DNA of 64,000 bases, taken from contig CAYVSX010000001.1 in the NCBI GenBank assembly GCA_964454245.1, forward strand, positions 7,379-71,378, read 5' to 3'. How positions within the stretch are numbered: the first letter of the stretch is position 1; each line of letters begins with the position of its first letter. Shown in pieces: positions 18,444 to 28,422 of the stretch. The translations under genes and the position numbers were made by a program. This stretch comes from an uncultured Candidatus Saccharibacteria bacterium. Lineage in GTDB: Bacteria > Patescibacteriota > Saccharimonadia > Saccharimonadales > Saccharimonadaceae. The notes under the pieces are model-generated. The model saw nothing but the letters and a program-made list of their open reading frames with translations, was not told where the DNA came from and made no database searches.

Positions 18444-19682
18444 ATGCAAGAACAATCTCGATATGCAGTCGGTATTGATGTCGGTACAACGACCGTTCGT
18501 TGTGTGGTGGGGCATGTCGATCCGGCGACCGGTACGCCCACTATAGTTGGCGTGGGGCAGGCGGCCAATAGCGGTATGCGCAAGGGTACAGTGGTTAATT
18601 TAACAGGCCCAGCCCAGGCTATAGATACCGCGCTGGGCGAAGCCGAGCGTATGAGCGGCTACGAAGTAAACGCTGCGGCCATTAGCATTAACGGCTCGCA
18701 CATACTTAGTACCAAGGCCGATGGCATGATAGCTGTGGGCATGGCCGACCACGAAATTAACCAAGAAGATCTGCACCGGCTAGAAGACGTGGCTACCACC
18801 GGCAAAGTGCCAGCAAACCGCGAAATTTTAGAAGTAGTACCATTTAGCTACATGCTAGATGGCCAGGGCGGCATAAAAGACCCAATTGGCATGACGGGCA
18901 CGCGCCTAGAAATTAACGCCAATGTGGTATCGGCCATGGGTCCATACGTAACCAACCTGCAAAAAACCAGCGAAATGGCGACTGTTGCGCCCAACGCCAC
19001 CGTGCCATCGGTAATTGCCGCCGCCAAGGCGGTGCTAAGTGAGGCGCAAATAGAAAGCGGCGTGGCGGTAATAGATTTTGGCGGGGCTACCACCAGTGTA
19101 GCGGTGTTTGAAGAAGGTGATTTGCAATATGTGGGCGTGGTGCCAGTGGGTGGCGCTAACATCACCAACGACCTAGCAATTGGCCTAAAAACCGACCCCG
19201 AAATTGCCGAAAAGGTAAAATTGCAGCATGGCAGCGCCGTGGCACGCGGTGGCAACGAGGGCGTGAGTGTAAAGCAAGATAAAGATGTGCTAACATTTAA
19301 CACCGAAGAAATCGACGAAATTATAGAGGCAAGGCTCGAAGAAATTTTCGATGCCGTAAATAAAGAGCTAAAAAAAGCTGGCCGCGCTGGGCGATTGCCT
19401 AGCGGTGTGGTGCTGGTGGGCGGTAGCGCCAACCTAAAGGGCATTGCCGAATTTGCCAAAAACCACTTGGGTGTAGCGGCACGTGTGGGCAAAGCCACTG
19501 GCTTTGGTGGCGTGGCTGACGATATAGACAAGCCACAATACGCTACGGCAGTGGGCCTAATGCTAATAGATGCCGAAAGCGCCGGCCCAGCCGCTGGCGG
19601 CAAGGGCAAAAAGCCACAGGGTGATGGCTTGAAGCGGGCTGGTGGGTTTTTGAAGAGTATTTTTGGTAAGCTGAAGGCTTAA
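18444..19682 (+). CDS. ftsA: Cell division protein FtsA
   Basis: GIDVGTT, IDFGGATT, VLVGGSANL; precedes ftsZ. Confidence 0.95.
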   Translation: MQEQSRYAVGIDVGTTTVRCVVGHVDPATGTPTIVGVGQAANSGMRKGTVVNLTGPAQAIDTALGEAERMSGYEVNAAAISINGSHILSTKADGMIAVGMADHEINQEDLHRLEDVATTGKVPANREILEVVPFSYMLDGQGGIKDPIGMTGTRLEINANVVSAMGPYVTNLQKTSEMATVAPNATVPSVIAAAKAVLSEAQIESGVAVIDFGGATTSVAVFEEGDLQYVGVVPVGGANITNDLAIGLKTDPEIAEKVKLQHGSAVARGGNEGVSVKQDKDVLTFNTEEIDEIIEARLEEIFDAVNKELKKAGRAGRLPSGVVLVGGSANLKGIAEFAKNHLGVAARVGKATGFGGVADDIDKPQYATAVGLMLIDAESAGPAAGGKGKKPQGDGLKRAGGFLKSIFGKLKA

Positions 19683-19779
19683 CAAATCTTTTATCCATAT
19701 AATGACATCTACACCCGTAGCGTGGTACAATGGGTACAAGATAGTTATTCAGCGCGAATAAAGGGGAGTGATAGGACTA

Positions 19780-20991
19780 ATGCCAGAAGTAAAACCAAGT
19801 GAAATCCAAAGCTTTGCCAGCATTAAAGTTGTTGGTGTTGGTGGGGCGGGCGGCTCGGCGGTAAACCGCATGAAAGATGCCGGCCTAGTGGGCGTGCAAT
19901 TTATTGCCATGAACACCGATGCCCAGGCATTGCATAATTCTAAGGCCGATATTAAAATCCACCTGGGCCACAACACCACTAACGGCCTTGGTGCTGGCGC
20001 TGACCCATCGGTGGGCGAGGCTGCTGCCCGCGAATCGATAGATGAAATCCGCGATGCAATTGACGGCGCTGACATGGTGTTTGTAACCATTGGTGCTGGC
20101 GGTGGCACCGGTAGTGGTGCTGGTCACGTGGTAGCCGAAGTCGCCCGTGACCTAGGTATTTTGTGCGTAGGCGTAGCCACCAAGCCATTTAGTTTTGAGG
20201 GCGAAAAACGCCGCACCAACGCCGAGTGGGCCGTTGCCCAGCTGGGTCGCCAGGTAGATACGCTCATCACCATCCCGAACGATCGCTTGTTACACACCAT
20301 CGATCGCCGCACGCCACTGCTAGAAACCTTTAAAATCGCCGATGATGTATTGCGCCAAGGCGTGCAGGGCATTAGTGAACTAATTACCGAGCACGGCCTG
20401 ATTAACCTAGACTTTGCCGACGTAAAGGCGATTATGAGCAACGCCGGTAGCGCCCTAATGGGCATTGGCCGCGCTAGTGGTGACGACCGTGCTGCCCAAG
20501 CTGCACAGCAGGCGATTGAATCACCGCTGATCGAAGTGTCGATAGACGGCGCTAAGGGCGTACTATTTAACGTTACTGGCGGCTACGACATGAGCATGAG
20601 TGAAATTCAGGAGGCGGCCGAAATCATTACCAGCGCTGTTAGCCCTGATGCCAACATCATATTTGGTGCCACGCTTAAGCCCGAGCTGGAAGATGAACTG
20701 ATTATTACTGTGATTGCCACTGGCTTTGACAGCGCATACTTTCACCAGCAGGCGGCCGAGCTAGAGCGCCCTGGCAACACGCCAGCGGCCGACGTGGAGC
20801 CAGCCACAGGTGACGATATCGACAAAGCAGTAGACGATGTGGATATGAACCTAGACCAAACCAACGCGGCCGAGCACTTTGCGGCTGAGCCATCGAACGA
20901 CATGTGGAACCAGCCCACCGAGGAAGAGGAAGACGACGACACGCCAGCCTTTTTGCGCCGCCGCAAGAAAAAACAATCAGACGAATCCTAA
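19780..20991 (+). CDS. ftsZ: Cell division protein FtsZ
   Basis: [24 protein letters not shown]-terminal DTPAFLRR. Confidence 0.97.
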   Translation: MPEVKPSEIQSFASIKVVGVGGAGGSAVNRMKDAGLVGVQFIAMNTDAQALHNSKADIKIHLGHNTTNGLGAGADPSVGEAAARESIDEIRDAIDGADMVFVTIGAGGGTGSGAGHVVAEVARDLGILCVGVATKPFSFEGEKRRTNAEWAVAQLGRQVDTLITIPNDRLLHTIDRRTPLLETFKIADDVLRQGVQGISELITEHGLINLDFADVKAIMSNAGSALMGIGRASGDDRAAQAAQQAIESPLIEVSIDGAKGVLFNVTGGYDMSMSEIQEAAEIITSAVSPDANIIFGATLKPELEDELIITVIATGFDSAYFHQQAAELERPGNTPAADVEPATGDDIDKAVDDVDMNLDQTNAAEHFAAEPSNDMWNQPTEEEEDDDTPAFLRRRKKKQSDES

Positions 20992-21009
20992 AAGGAGAAA
21001 TGAGGCCAA

Positions 21010-21465
21010 ATGGCACATAATTTTAAAATCGGTGATAGCCGCGTGCTAGAATCGCGCGAATCGGCCGACGGTATAACCATCCGCCGCCGCCGCGAAACCA
21101 TGGATGGCAGCCACCGCTTTACCACCTACGAACGTATCGAGCACCCCAACCTAGCGGTGATTAAAAAAGATGGCACTCGCGAGCTGTTTGACCGCGAAAA
21201 ACTGGCTAGCAGTATCCGCCGCTCGGTGGGCAAGTTCTTTAAATCGGAAGTAGAGGTGGAAGAGGTGATTGACACCGTAGAAAGCCGCTTGTACGAGCTG
21301 GGTGAAAGTGAAGTTTCGTCGCACACCATTGGCGAATTTGTACTAGACGCCCTGGCCGAAAAGAACGAAGTAGCGTATGTGCGCTTTGCCAGCGTGTTCC
21401 ACAAATTTGAAACCCTAAACGACTTTGTGCAAATACTAGAGCAGCGCAAAAAGAGCGAGCAATAG
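21010..21465 (+). CDS. nrdR: Transcriptional repressor NrdR (no Cys residues)
   Basis: SR....G..IRRRRE....RFTTYE, ATP-cone VIKKDGTRELFDREKL, VAYVRFASV. Confidence 0.9.
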   Translation: MAHNFKIGDSRVLESRESADGITIRRRRETMDGSHRFTTYERIEHPNLAVIKKDGTRELFDREKLASSIRRSVGKFFKSEVEVEEVIDTVESRLYELGESEVSSHTIGEFVLDALAEKNEVAYVRFASVFHKFETLNDFVQILEQRKKSEQ

Positions 21466-21466
21466 C

Positions 21467-21733
21467 ATGCTGGTAGTGGTGGTGACAAAAGACAATACCG
21501 ATTACGCCCGCGGCGTGACGATGTTTATGGAAGATTTTGCGCGCCAAACTGGCCGCACGTTAGAAACGCTGGATCCAGAAACGCCCGATGGCGCTAGCTT
21601 TTGCCGCACCTACGATATAGTAGAATACCCCAGTATTGTGGCGTTAAGCAACGACGGTCAATTACAAAATATGTGGCGCGGCACCACCTTACCAACCATT
21701 AGCGAGGTAGATTATTATGCTTCACAAAATTAA
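21467..21733 (+). CDS. Small hypothetical protein, possibly thioredoxin-like fold without CxxC
   Basis: YDIVEYPSIVAL resembles the cis-Pro loop of thioredoxins; overlaps the VKOR start. Confidence 0.55.
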   Translation: MLVVVVTKDNTDYARGVTMFMEDFARQTGRTLETLDPETPDGASFCRTYDIVEYPSIVALSNDGQLQNMWRGTTLPTISEVDYYASQN

Positions 21734-22349
21734 GAACTTTTTTACGCACGAGGACGAACGCTTGCGCGATAACCGCTGGATATTTATTAGTATGCTGGTG
21801 GGGGCGATTGGTAGCCTGATTGCATCGTTTGTGCTGTCGGTAGAGGCGGTAGAATTAGCCCGTAACCCCGATGCCGTGCTGGCCTGTAGTATAAATGTGG
21901 TGCTAAACTGCGCTACGGTGGGCGTGCACTCGTCGGCGCATTTACTAGGGTTTCCTAATAGCTTTTTGGGGCTAATGGCCGAGCCGGTGGTGATAACCGT
22001 GGCCATAGCTGGCCTGGCTGGTGTTAAGTTTCCGCGCCAGTTTATGTTTGCTGCACAAATTGTTTATACAATCGGCTTTTTGTTTGCGCTGTGGCTATTT
22101 GGTACTAGCTATTTTGTAATTGGCGCGCTGTGCCCGTGGTGCTTGCTGGTTACGGCCACTACCACCTTTGTATGGTTTGCGATTACCCGCTACAATGTGC
22201 GCGAAAATAACCTGTACTTGCCGGCACGCACCGAAAGGGCAGTTAAAAAGTTTATCCAAAAAGATTACGATAAAGTTGTGCTGTTTAGCATTGTAATAAT
22301 ACTAGTAGCGGCGATATTGCTAAAGTACGGCCCATACCTATTTGGCTAA
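21717..22349 (+). CDS. Vitamin K epoxide reductase (VKOR) family protein
   Basis: LAC...LNCATV loop cysteines, GFPNSFLG, LCPWC active site, several TM helices. Confidence 0.9.
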   Translation: MLHKIKNFFTHEDERLRDNRWIFISMLVGAIGSLIASFVLSVEAVELARNPDAVLACSINVVLNCATVGVHSSAHLLGFPNSFLGLMAEPVVITVAIAGLAGVKFPRQFMFAAQIVYTIGFLFALWLFGTSYFVIGALCPWCLLVTATTTFVWFAITRYNVRENNLYLPARTERAVKKFIQKDYDKVVLFSIVIILVAAILLKYGPYLFG

Positions 22350-22357
22350 ATGCAGCC

Positions 22358-22386
22358 CGTCATTCCGCACTTGATGCGGAATCCAG
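22358..22386 (+). repeat. CGTC-type palindromic REP-like repeat
   Basis: cgtcat-tccgc-acttgat-gcgga-atccag. Confidence 0.7.
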
Positions 22387-22421
22387 TGGAAAATATTTAT
22401 CATATAGTGTATACTTGTGCC

Positions 22422-22612
22422 ATAAGCGCCCCTCTAAGGGATAGCGGCTATCACCCGCAAATGCTAGAGGAAAGAAAGGCTACGCACCAATTAGACTCCT
22501 CCGCGAACGCTGCGACAAAGCGGTAAATCAAGCGCTGAATAGAGTAATCTCTTCGGAAGTCAGATGGTAACACCCACACCTGGGCTCTGACATAACCGAA
22601 GAGATTTTTATT
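22422..22612 (+). promoter_or_regulatory. T-box-like riboswitch leader of ileS
   Basis: TATACT at 22410-22415; aaAUCa specifier-like Ile codon at 22527-22529 followed by UGA; gtcaga-TGGTAAC-a-ccca/tggg-c-tctgac antiterminator-like fold at 22559-22591. Confidence 0.65.
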
Positions 22613-22637
22613 TTGGAGAAAAGGAAGGAGCAAGGCA

Positions 22638-25574
22638 ATGAAATTTAAACACGGAACACGCCGCAGGGCGCTGGAGTACGAAAAAGACTGGGTGCAGAAG
22701 TGGAAGCAGGATAAGACATTTGAAAAGTCAGTCGAAAACCGACCGGTCGACAATAGCTATGTATTCTACGATGGGCCACCATTTATCACTGGTGTGCCGC
22801 ATCACGGAACCTTGTTGAGCAGTATCGTTAAAGACGCGGTGCCACGCTACTGGACAATGAAAGGCAAGCGCGTCGAGCGCGTATGGGGCTGGGATACACA
22901 CGGACTGCCGGCAGAGAACTTCGTCGAAAAGCAGCTCAATATTACTGATCGCCGCCAAATCGTTACCACTACTGATGCGGAAGCGCCGCTTGATAAAGAC
23001 GGCAACGAACTGCCAACGATTAGCCTAGAGCAGTACATCACCAAAGCTCGCGAATCAATGGTGGCAAACGCCGAAACATGGGAAGATGTCGTGGATCGGG
23101 TGGGTCGCTGGGTCGACTTCAAGGGCGCCTATAAAACCATGGACAAAGACTACATGGAATCTATCTGGTGGGCGTTTAAAACTCTGTACGAGCAGGGCAA
23201 AATCTACGAAGGCGAAAAGGTGTTGATGTTTGATACCAAATTCGCCACGCCGGTGAGCAAAAACGAAGTCACGATGGATAATGATGCGTATCAAACGGTG
23301 ACTGATCCGAGTGTGTATGTAAAGTTTAAGTTGGAAAATGGACTTACTCTGCTTGCTTGGACGACGACACCATGGACACTGCCTGGCAATACGGCGCTGG
23401 CCGTAAACAAGGAGCTTGATTACGTAGAAGTTAAGCTAGGTGACGAACGCTTCATCCTTGCTAAAGCTCTTGTCGAAAAAGTGTTGGTAGATGAGAAAAA
23501 GCAACCACTCCAGTACGAAGTGTTACGCGAACTGAAGGGGAGTGAGCTTGTAGGGTTAGAGTATGAACCACTGTTTGCACGCCAGGGCGAAAATGCCCAT
23601 AAAGTGTGGGCAGCAGATTATGTCGAAGCTGAAGCCGGTACGGGTATCGTGCACCTGGCGCCGATCTACGGTGAAGAGGACTTTGTGCTCGCACAGGCCA
23701 ACGATATACCTAGGGCGCATGTGCTCGACGATAACGGCTACTATTACCCTGAAGTTGCAGCTGAGTTGTACAAGCTCATGCCATGGGTGGATAGCAGTAA
23801 GCCACTTGAAGTGTGGGAGAACAACAAAAACATCGCGAAAGGGTTAGAAAAAGCTGGTATCGTTTGGAAAACCGAATACATCCAGCACGAATACCCATTT
23901 AACCCTCGCTCGAAGCAGCGCATCATGTACCGGGCAATCCCGAGCTGGTTCTTTGATATTCAGGGTTCAAAACCACTGATGCTCGAGCAAAACGAAAATA
24001 TCAACTGGTTTCCAGAGCATTTGAAGCATGGTCGGTTTGAAAAGAATATCGAGCAAGCGCCAGATTGGAACCTAAGCCGCGACCGTTTTTGGGCCACGGC
24101 GATGCCGGTGTGGAGGGGAGATAAAGGCACGGTAAAAGTGATCGGTAGCTATGCCGAACTAAAAGAACTCAGCGGCGTAGAATTGGAAGATTACCACCGC
24201 CCATGGGTAGATGACATCACTTTTGAAATCGACGGCGAAAAATTTACGCGCATAGAAAAGGTGCTCGACTGCTGGTTTGAAAGCGGCAGCATGCCATTTG
24301 CGCAGTTCCACTATCCGTTCGAAAACAAAGAAAAGTTTGAAGCCAACTACCCCGGCGATTTTATAGTGGAATACGTGGGGCAGGTGCGGGCGTGGTTTTA
24401 CTACGTGCACGCCGTAAACACGGCGCTGTTTGGCCAGCAGGCGTTTAATAATGTTATTACCACCGGCACACTGGCCGGCAACGACGGCCGCAAAATGAGC
24501 AAAAGCCTAGGTAACTACACCGACCCGAACGAGCTGATGGATAAGTTTAGTGCCGATAGCCTGCGCTTTTTGTTGCTGGGCAGTCCGCTGCTAAATGGTG
24601 AGGACTTTAGCCTGCAAGATAAAGATGTAGGCGACGTGGCCCGCAAACTAAGTATGGCCTGGAACATGTATGACTTCTTTACCATGTATGCCGAAGTCGA
24701 CGACTGGGAATATGACGGAACATTTGAAGACCCTCTGGCAAACCTGACGAACCCGCTGGATATTTGGATTGTTAGCCGCGTGCACCAGCTGGTAGCCGAG
24801 GTAGAAAAACACATGGATACCTATAATTTGCCCGATGCGCTAAGCCCGATACTGCCGTTCATAGACGACGCCAGCAACTGGTTTGTGCGCCGTAGCCGCC
24901 GCCGCTTCTGGAAGAGCGATGACGATAGCGACAAAAATGATGCCTACAAAACATTGCATTACGTGCTGGTGCGCCTAGCCTATGTGCTAGCGCCATTTAC
25001 GCCGTTTTTGGCCGAGGAGCTGTACCGCAATTTAACCGGCGATACCGAATCGATCCACCTAAAAAACTGGCTACCAGCTGGTAGTATAAACCAGCAGGTA
25101 ACAGATGAAATGGAGCAGGTGCGCGACTACGTAAACCAAGGCTTAGGCCTGCGCGCCAAGGCCGGCCTAAAGGTGCGCCAGCCGCTATCTTGCGTGACCG
25201 TGCCGAGCCTGGGTCAGCAGGTGGATTTTGTGGCTATACTTACCGACGAGCTAAATGTGAAGCAAGTAAAGCAGGGTAGCGAAGTGGCGATCGACGAGCA
25301 ACTAACGCCAGAACTGCAGCGCGAAGGTATGATGCGCGAGGTTATTCGCCACGTGCAAGCGGCGCGTAAAGCGGCCGGGCTAAATGTTGATGACCGGATA
25401 GTGCTAACCGTGCTAACTGAAGATGAAATGCTGGGCGATGCCATGGAGGAACACCGCAAAACCATCGCCGAAGAAACCCTGGCTGAAGAATATAAACTGC
25501 TAGATGACGGCTACGAAACTACCGTGCAGGTAGACGGTGCCGAGCTGGTGATACGGCTTAAAAAGTCTAGCTAA
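22638..25574 (+). CDS. ileS: Isoleucine--tRNA ligase (type 2 / eukaryote-like)
   Basis: FYDGPPF, HHGT (HIGH variant), WTTTPWTLP, KMSKS, C-terminal LKVRQPL and EG..RE.IR.VQ..RK. Confidence 0.95.
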   Translation: MKFKHGTRRRALEYEKDWVQKWKQDKTFEKSVENRPVDNSYVFYDGPPFITGVPHHGTLLSSIVKDAVPRYWTMKGKRVERVWGWDTHGLPAENFVEKQLNITDRRQIVTTTDAEAPLDKDGNELPTISLEQYITKARESMVANAETWEDVVDRVGRWVDFKGAYKTMDKDYMESIWWAFKTLYEQGKIYEGEKVLMFDTKFATPVSKNEVTMDNDAYQTVTDPSVYVKFKLENGLTLLAWTTTPWTLPGNTALAVNKELDYVEVKLGDERFILAKALVEKVLVDEKKQPLQYEVLRELKGSELVGLEYEPLFARQGENAHKVWAADYVEAEAGTGIVHLAPIYGEEDFVLAQANDIPRAHVLDDNGYYYPEVAAELYKLMPWVDSSKPLEVWENNKNIAKGLEKAGIVWKTEYIQHEYPFNPRSKQRIMYRAIPSWFFDIQGSKPLMLEQNENINWFPEHLKHGRFEKNIEQAPDWNLSRDRFWATAMPVWRGDKGTVKVIGSYAELKELSGVELEDYHRPWVDDITFEIDGEKFTRIEKVLDCWFESGSMPFAQFHYPFENKEKFEANYPGDFIVEYVGQVRAWFYYVHAVNTALFGQQAFNNVITTGTLAGNDGRKMSKSLGNYTDPNELMDKFSADSLRFLLLGSPLLNGEDFSLQDKDVGDVARKLSMAWNMYDFFTMYAEVDDWEYDGTFEDPLANLTNPLDIWIVSRVHQLVAEVEKHMDTYNLPDALSPILPFIDDASNWFVRRSRRRFWKSDDDSDKNDAYKTLHYVLVRLAYVLAPFTPFLAEELYRNLTGDTESIHLKNWLPAGSINQQVTDEMEQVRDYVNQGLGLRAKAGLKVRQPLSCVTVPSLGQQVDFVAILTDELNVKQVKQGSEVAIDEQLTPELQREGMMREVIRHVQAARKAAGLNVDDRIVLTVLTEDEMLGDAMEEHRKTIAEETLAEEYKLLDDGYETTVQVDGAELVIRLKKSS

Positions 25575-26245
25575 TCCAACGTCTGCAACGTGCGCGCCAG
25601 GCCAGCTCCGGCCACGCGCATTTGCAGTACGGTTAGCGATTCGCCGCGCACTTCGCCCATATGCACCACCACTTCGTAGGTGTTAGGGTATTGCTGGGGC
25701 AGTATGCTGTGCCTTTCGGTAAATACCTTTTCGGCATCGCCGCGGCTATCGCTAGTGTCGATACCCAGAATTTCTTGCATGTCGGGCGTTAGCGCCATGC
25801 GGTATGCGCCATCGTAGGTGCCGTTGTGGCTGATAGTTTCGTTTTGATCGGTGCCGGTAAGTAGCCCATCAAGCGCAACGTCCATTTCGTCGCGAGTGTC
25901 AATCAAAAACTGCTCGGCCCGCAGGCGTGCCACCTCGGCATTATATATGCGTGGCGGGTGCACCAGGTCGCTAATGGTTTCGAACCCAGCAAAGCCATGG
26001 CCAAAGGCAAATTTGGCGGCAGGTGACAGCTCATTTTTCACCCCCATTATATATAGTGCCCGGCTAGCTACTTGCATTAAGTAGCGCTGGCGTGTGCGCA
26101 AAGTTTCGGCCTGCGCCATCACGCCGCCCTCGCTAGCCATTAGGTATTTTAGCCAGTGGGTGTTGTCATCGCTCAAATCTTCGTTAGGGAAGGCCGGCTG
26201 TTCGTGTAGCCGGGTGATGTGGCGGGGCGGTAGGTGGATGTTCAT
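25571..26245 (-). CDS. Hypothetical protein
   Basis: ORF converging on ileS; start moved to ATG 26245; no motif recognised. Confidence 0.6.
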   Translation of the reverse strand: MNIHLPPRHITRLHEQPAFPNEDLSDDNTHWLKYLMASEGGVMAQAETLRTRQRYLMQVASRALYIMGVKNELSPAAKFAFGHGFAGFETISDLVHPPRIYNAEVARLRAEQFLIDTRDEMDVALDGLLTGTDQNETISHNGTYDGAYRMALTPDMQEILGIDTSDSRGDAEKVFTERHSILPQQYPNTYEVVVHMGEVRGESLTVLQMRVAGAGLARTLQTLD

Positions 26246-26304
26246 GGTAAATTTATACACTAGTTTGGGCGTGCTGACAAGCATAACCAAATTAAACATA
26301 GTAA

Positions 26305-26333
26305 TTGACATATAAGCAATTTCGTGCTACAAT
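26305..26333 (+). promoter_or_regulatory. Sigma70 promoter
   Basis: TTGACA-17 nt-TACAAT with extended TG. Confidence 0.7.
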
Positions 26334-26387
26334 GGAGCGCAAATCATAATTTTGCGGGTGGAACCGCAGAAAGAGGTGTTGAAGAGT

Positions 26388-28223
26388 ATGAAGATTAAAA
26401 AGTTAATGTTTACTGGCTTAGCAGTAGCCGCGATTATTGCACAGCCATTTTACGCTGTGTTGCAGGGGGGGGTCGCCCACGCAGCTAGCGGTGTGGTTAC
26501 TAATATTAATCCAGACGGCTGGGAATGGGGTGGCGCGGCATGGCCGGCTGGCGTTCCTGGTACAGCAACAATCAAAGCCGAAACGGGTACCGGTGGTAAT
26601 GGCGCATTGTTGCTTTCTACACCAGCTGACGAAAGCTATATATGGACGGTAAAGCAGGTTAATGAAACGCTAGCCAGTGTAAATACATTATCTTACAAAA
26701 CTAAGCACGTTGCAGGGCCTGCATATACAGCACCTGCATTACTACTTGGTATTGATGCAGATGGTGACACCGCAACTACGGCGGACGGTTTCTATGCTTT
26801 TTTTGAACCTGTGTACAACCATCCGACGCCAAGCACTATAGGTGCTGGCTGGAACACTTGGAATATTGATGCAGCCACATCTAATTTTTGGAGCTTTAGC
26901 ACGGTGGGTTCTAAGGGTGGTGCGAATGGCGCTAATATGTTTACCATTGATTATGTAAAGAGTGTTTATCCTTCAGCATCTGTTGTTGAGTATTACCTAA
27001 ACATGGGCACCTACAACACCGGCTGGAACGCTTGGGCCGACCAGATTACTGTCAACGGCACTATGATCGCTGATTTTGAACTTGAGGAAGTAGTAACAAA
27101 TGTAACAACCGGCGCCGTGTATGAAGACCTACAGTCTGCCGTGGATGCTGCAAGTGCAGGTGATGAACTACGCCTCAACCAGAACATTACGCTGAGTGAT
27201 GATGTTGATATAATTAAACCTTTGACTATTGACGGCAACGGAAAAACCATCACAGCAAGCTTTAATAAAACTGGCAACGATAATAACTCGGCGCTAGCCG
27301 TTTCAGCAAATGACGTGGCTATTAAAAATGTTAAACTCGTAGGCAACAATCTTGATTGGCCTCTTGGCTTGCATGGCATAAATGCTTACCAAGTGACCAA
27401 CCTACTAGTTGATGGCGTAACCGCAGAAAACTTTTTGACTGGTATCTTGTATAATGGCTCAACTGGCACGATTCAAAACGTCCATACAATCAACAACAAG
27501 TGGCACGGTATAAATATCGATAAGGTTGGCTCAAATGTACAAGTGCTTGGTACAAATACTCACACCGAAACCCTTAATATCTATGCCGAAGATATTAACA
27601 CAGTAACGATTTATGCTCCCGCATATGAATCTAGCCATCCTGGGTTGATAGACCCTAACACTTTACTGCCTCGTCCAAGCGACCGCGTTTACACACTTAA
27701 AGTTGTAGATAACGGCGACGGTGATGACAAAGAAGCCGACAATACCGGCAATGGTGGTAGTACTTCAGCCTCTGCTAATGCTAACAACGGCGAAACCATT
27801 GCAACCACCAGCACCAGTGCTACGACTGTAGCCGACGAAGCAGTAGTTGCCGTAGCCGGCGCAACCGATACAAAAACTGCTACTAGCGACAAAGACGTCG
27901 ACGTACTAGGCGACGACCAAGCCACCGATACATCTAGCACACAAGATAGCAAAAAGCACTGGTCGCTAGTAAACCTACTGCTAGCAGCTGCCGCAACCGT
28001 AATGTCTGTCATTACACTTGCTGGTATCCGTGGTAGCCAGGGCAAGCAGCGCAACCTACGCCTACTAACCCTAGTACCTGCCGTAGTTGCAATCGTAGCA
28101 CTGCTACTAGTAGAGGACTTTACGGCTAAGCTAGGCTGGGTAAACGGCTGGACACTACTGTTCGCCCTAATCGCCATCGGCCAAATCGCCCTAGTAGCTG
28201 GCAACAAAACTACTGAAGAATAA
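26388..28223 (+). CDS. Secreted, membrane-anchored surface protein with parallel beta-helix (pectate-lyase-like) module
   Basis: Signal peptide MKIKK...AHA; KPLTIDGNGKTIT and GINID repeats; Thr/Ala stalk; three C-terminal TM helices. Confidence 0.8.
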   Translation: MKIKKLMFTGLAVAAIIAQPFYAVLQGGVAHAASGVVTNINPDGWEWGGAAWPAGVPGTATIKAETGTGGNGALLLSTPADESYIWTVKQVNETLASVNTLSYKTKHVAGPAYTAPALLLGIDADGDTATTADGFYAFFEPVYNHPTPSTIGAGWNTWNIDAATSNFWSFSTVGSKGGANGANMFTIDYVKSVYPSASVVEYYLNMGTYNTGWNAWADQITVNGTMIADFELEEVVTNVTTGAVYEDLQSAVDAASAGDELRLNQNITLSDDVDIIKPLTIDGNGKTITASFNKTGNDNNSALAVSANDVAIKNVKLVGNNLDWPLGLHGINAYQVTNLLVDGVTAENFLTGILYNGSTGTIQNVHTINNKWHGINIDKVGSNVQVLGTNTHTETLNIYAEDINTVTIYAPAYESSHPGLIDPNTLLPRPSDRVYTLKVVDNGDGDDKEADNTGNGGSTSASANANNGETIATTSTSATTVADEAVVAVAGATDTKTATSDKDVDVLGDDQATDTSSTQDSKKHWSLVNLLLAAAATVMSVITLAGIRGSQGKQRNLRLLTLVPAVVAIVALLLVEDFTAKLGWVNGWTLLFALIAIGQIALVAGNKTTEE

Positions 28224-28242
28224 ATAAGGCTACTGACCAACC

Positions 28243-28271
28243 AATAGACCCCGCAAACTGCGGGGTCTATT
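28243..28271 (+). terminator. Hairpin terminator
   Basis: aatagaccccgc aaact gcggggtctatt. Confidence 0.7.
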
Positions 28272-28422
28272 ATGTTGTGGGTAAAATGTCACTGTAAAAT
28301 ATGTTGTAGTGGTTCCTGAAATTTTCCCTAAAACGCTTGATTTTTTGACAAAAGTGTAGTATAATTGTGTAAAGATCATAAAGCTGGTGTGGAGACCAGC
28401 AGTGAGGTGAGAGGAATATTTT

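Noticed and set aside
18848-19609. Long antisense or alternate-frame ORFs (for example 18848-19609, 15962-16426, 27689-28240, 30138-30695, 63255-63746)
   Set aside because: They shadow well-supported genes, have Ser/Pro/Ala-biased translations and no motifs; these are codon-bias artefacts.
22395-22410. NrdR-box-like half site (atatagtgt) upstream of ileS
   Set aside because: Only the right half matches, and it overlaps the extended -10 promoter.
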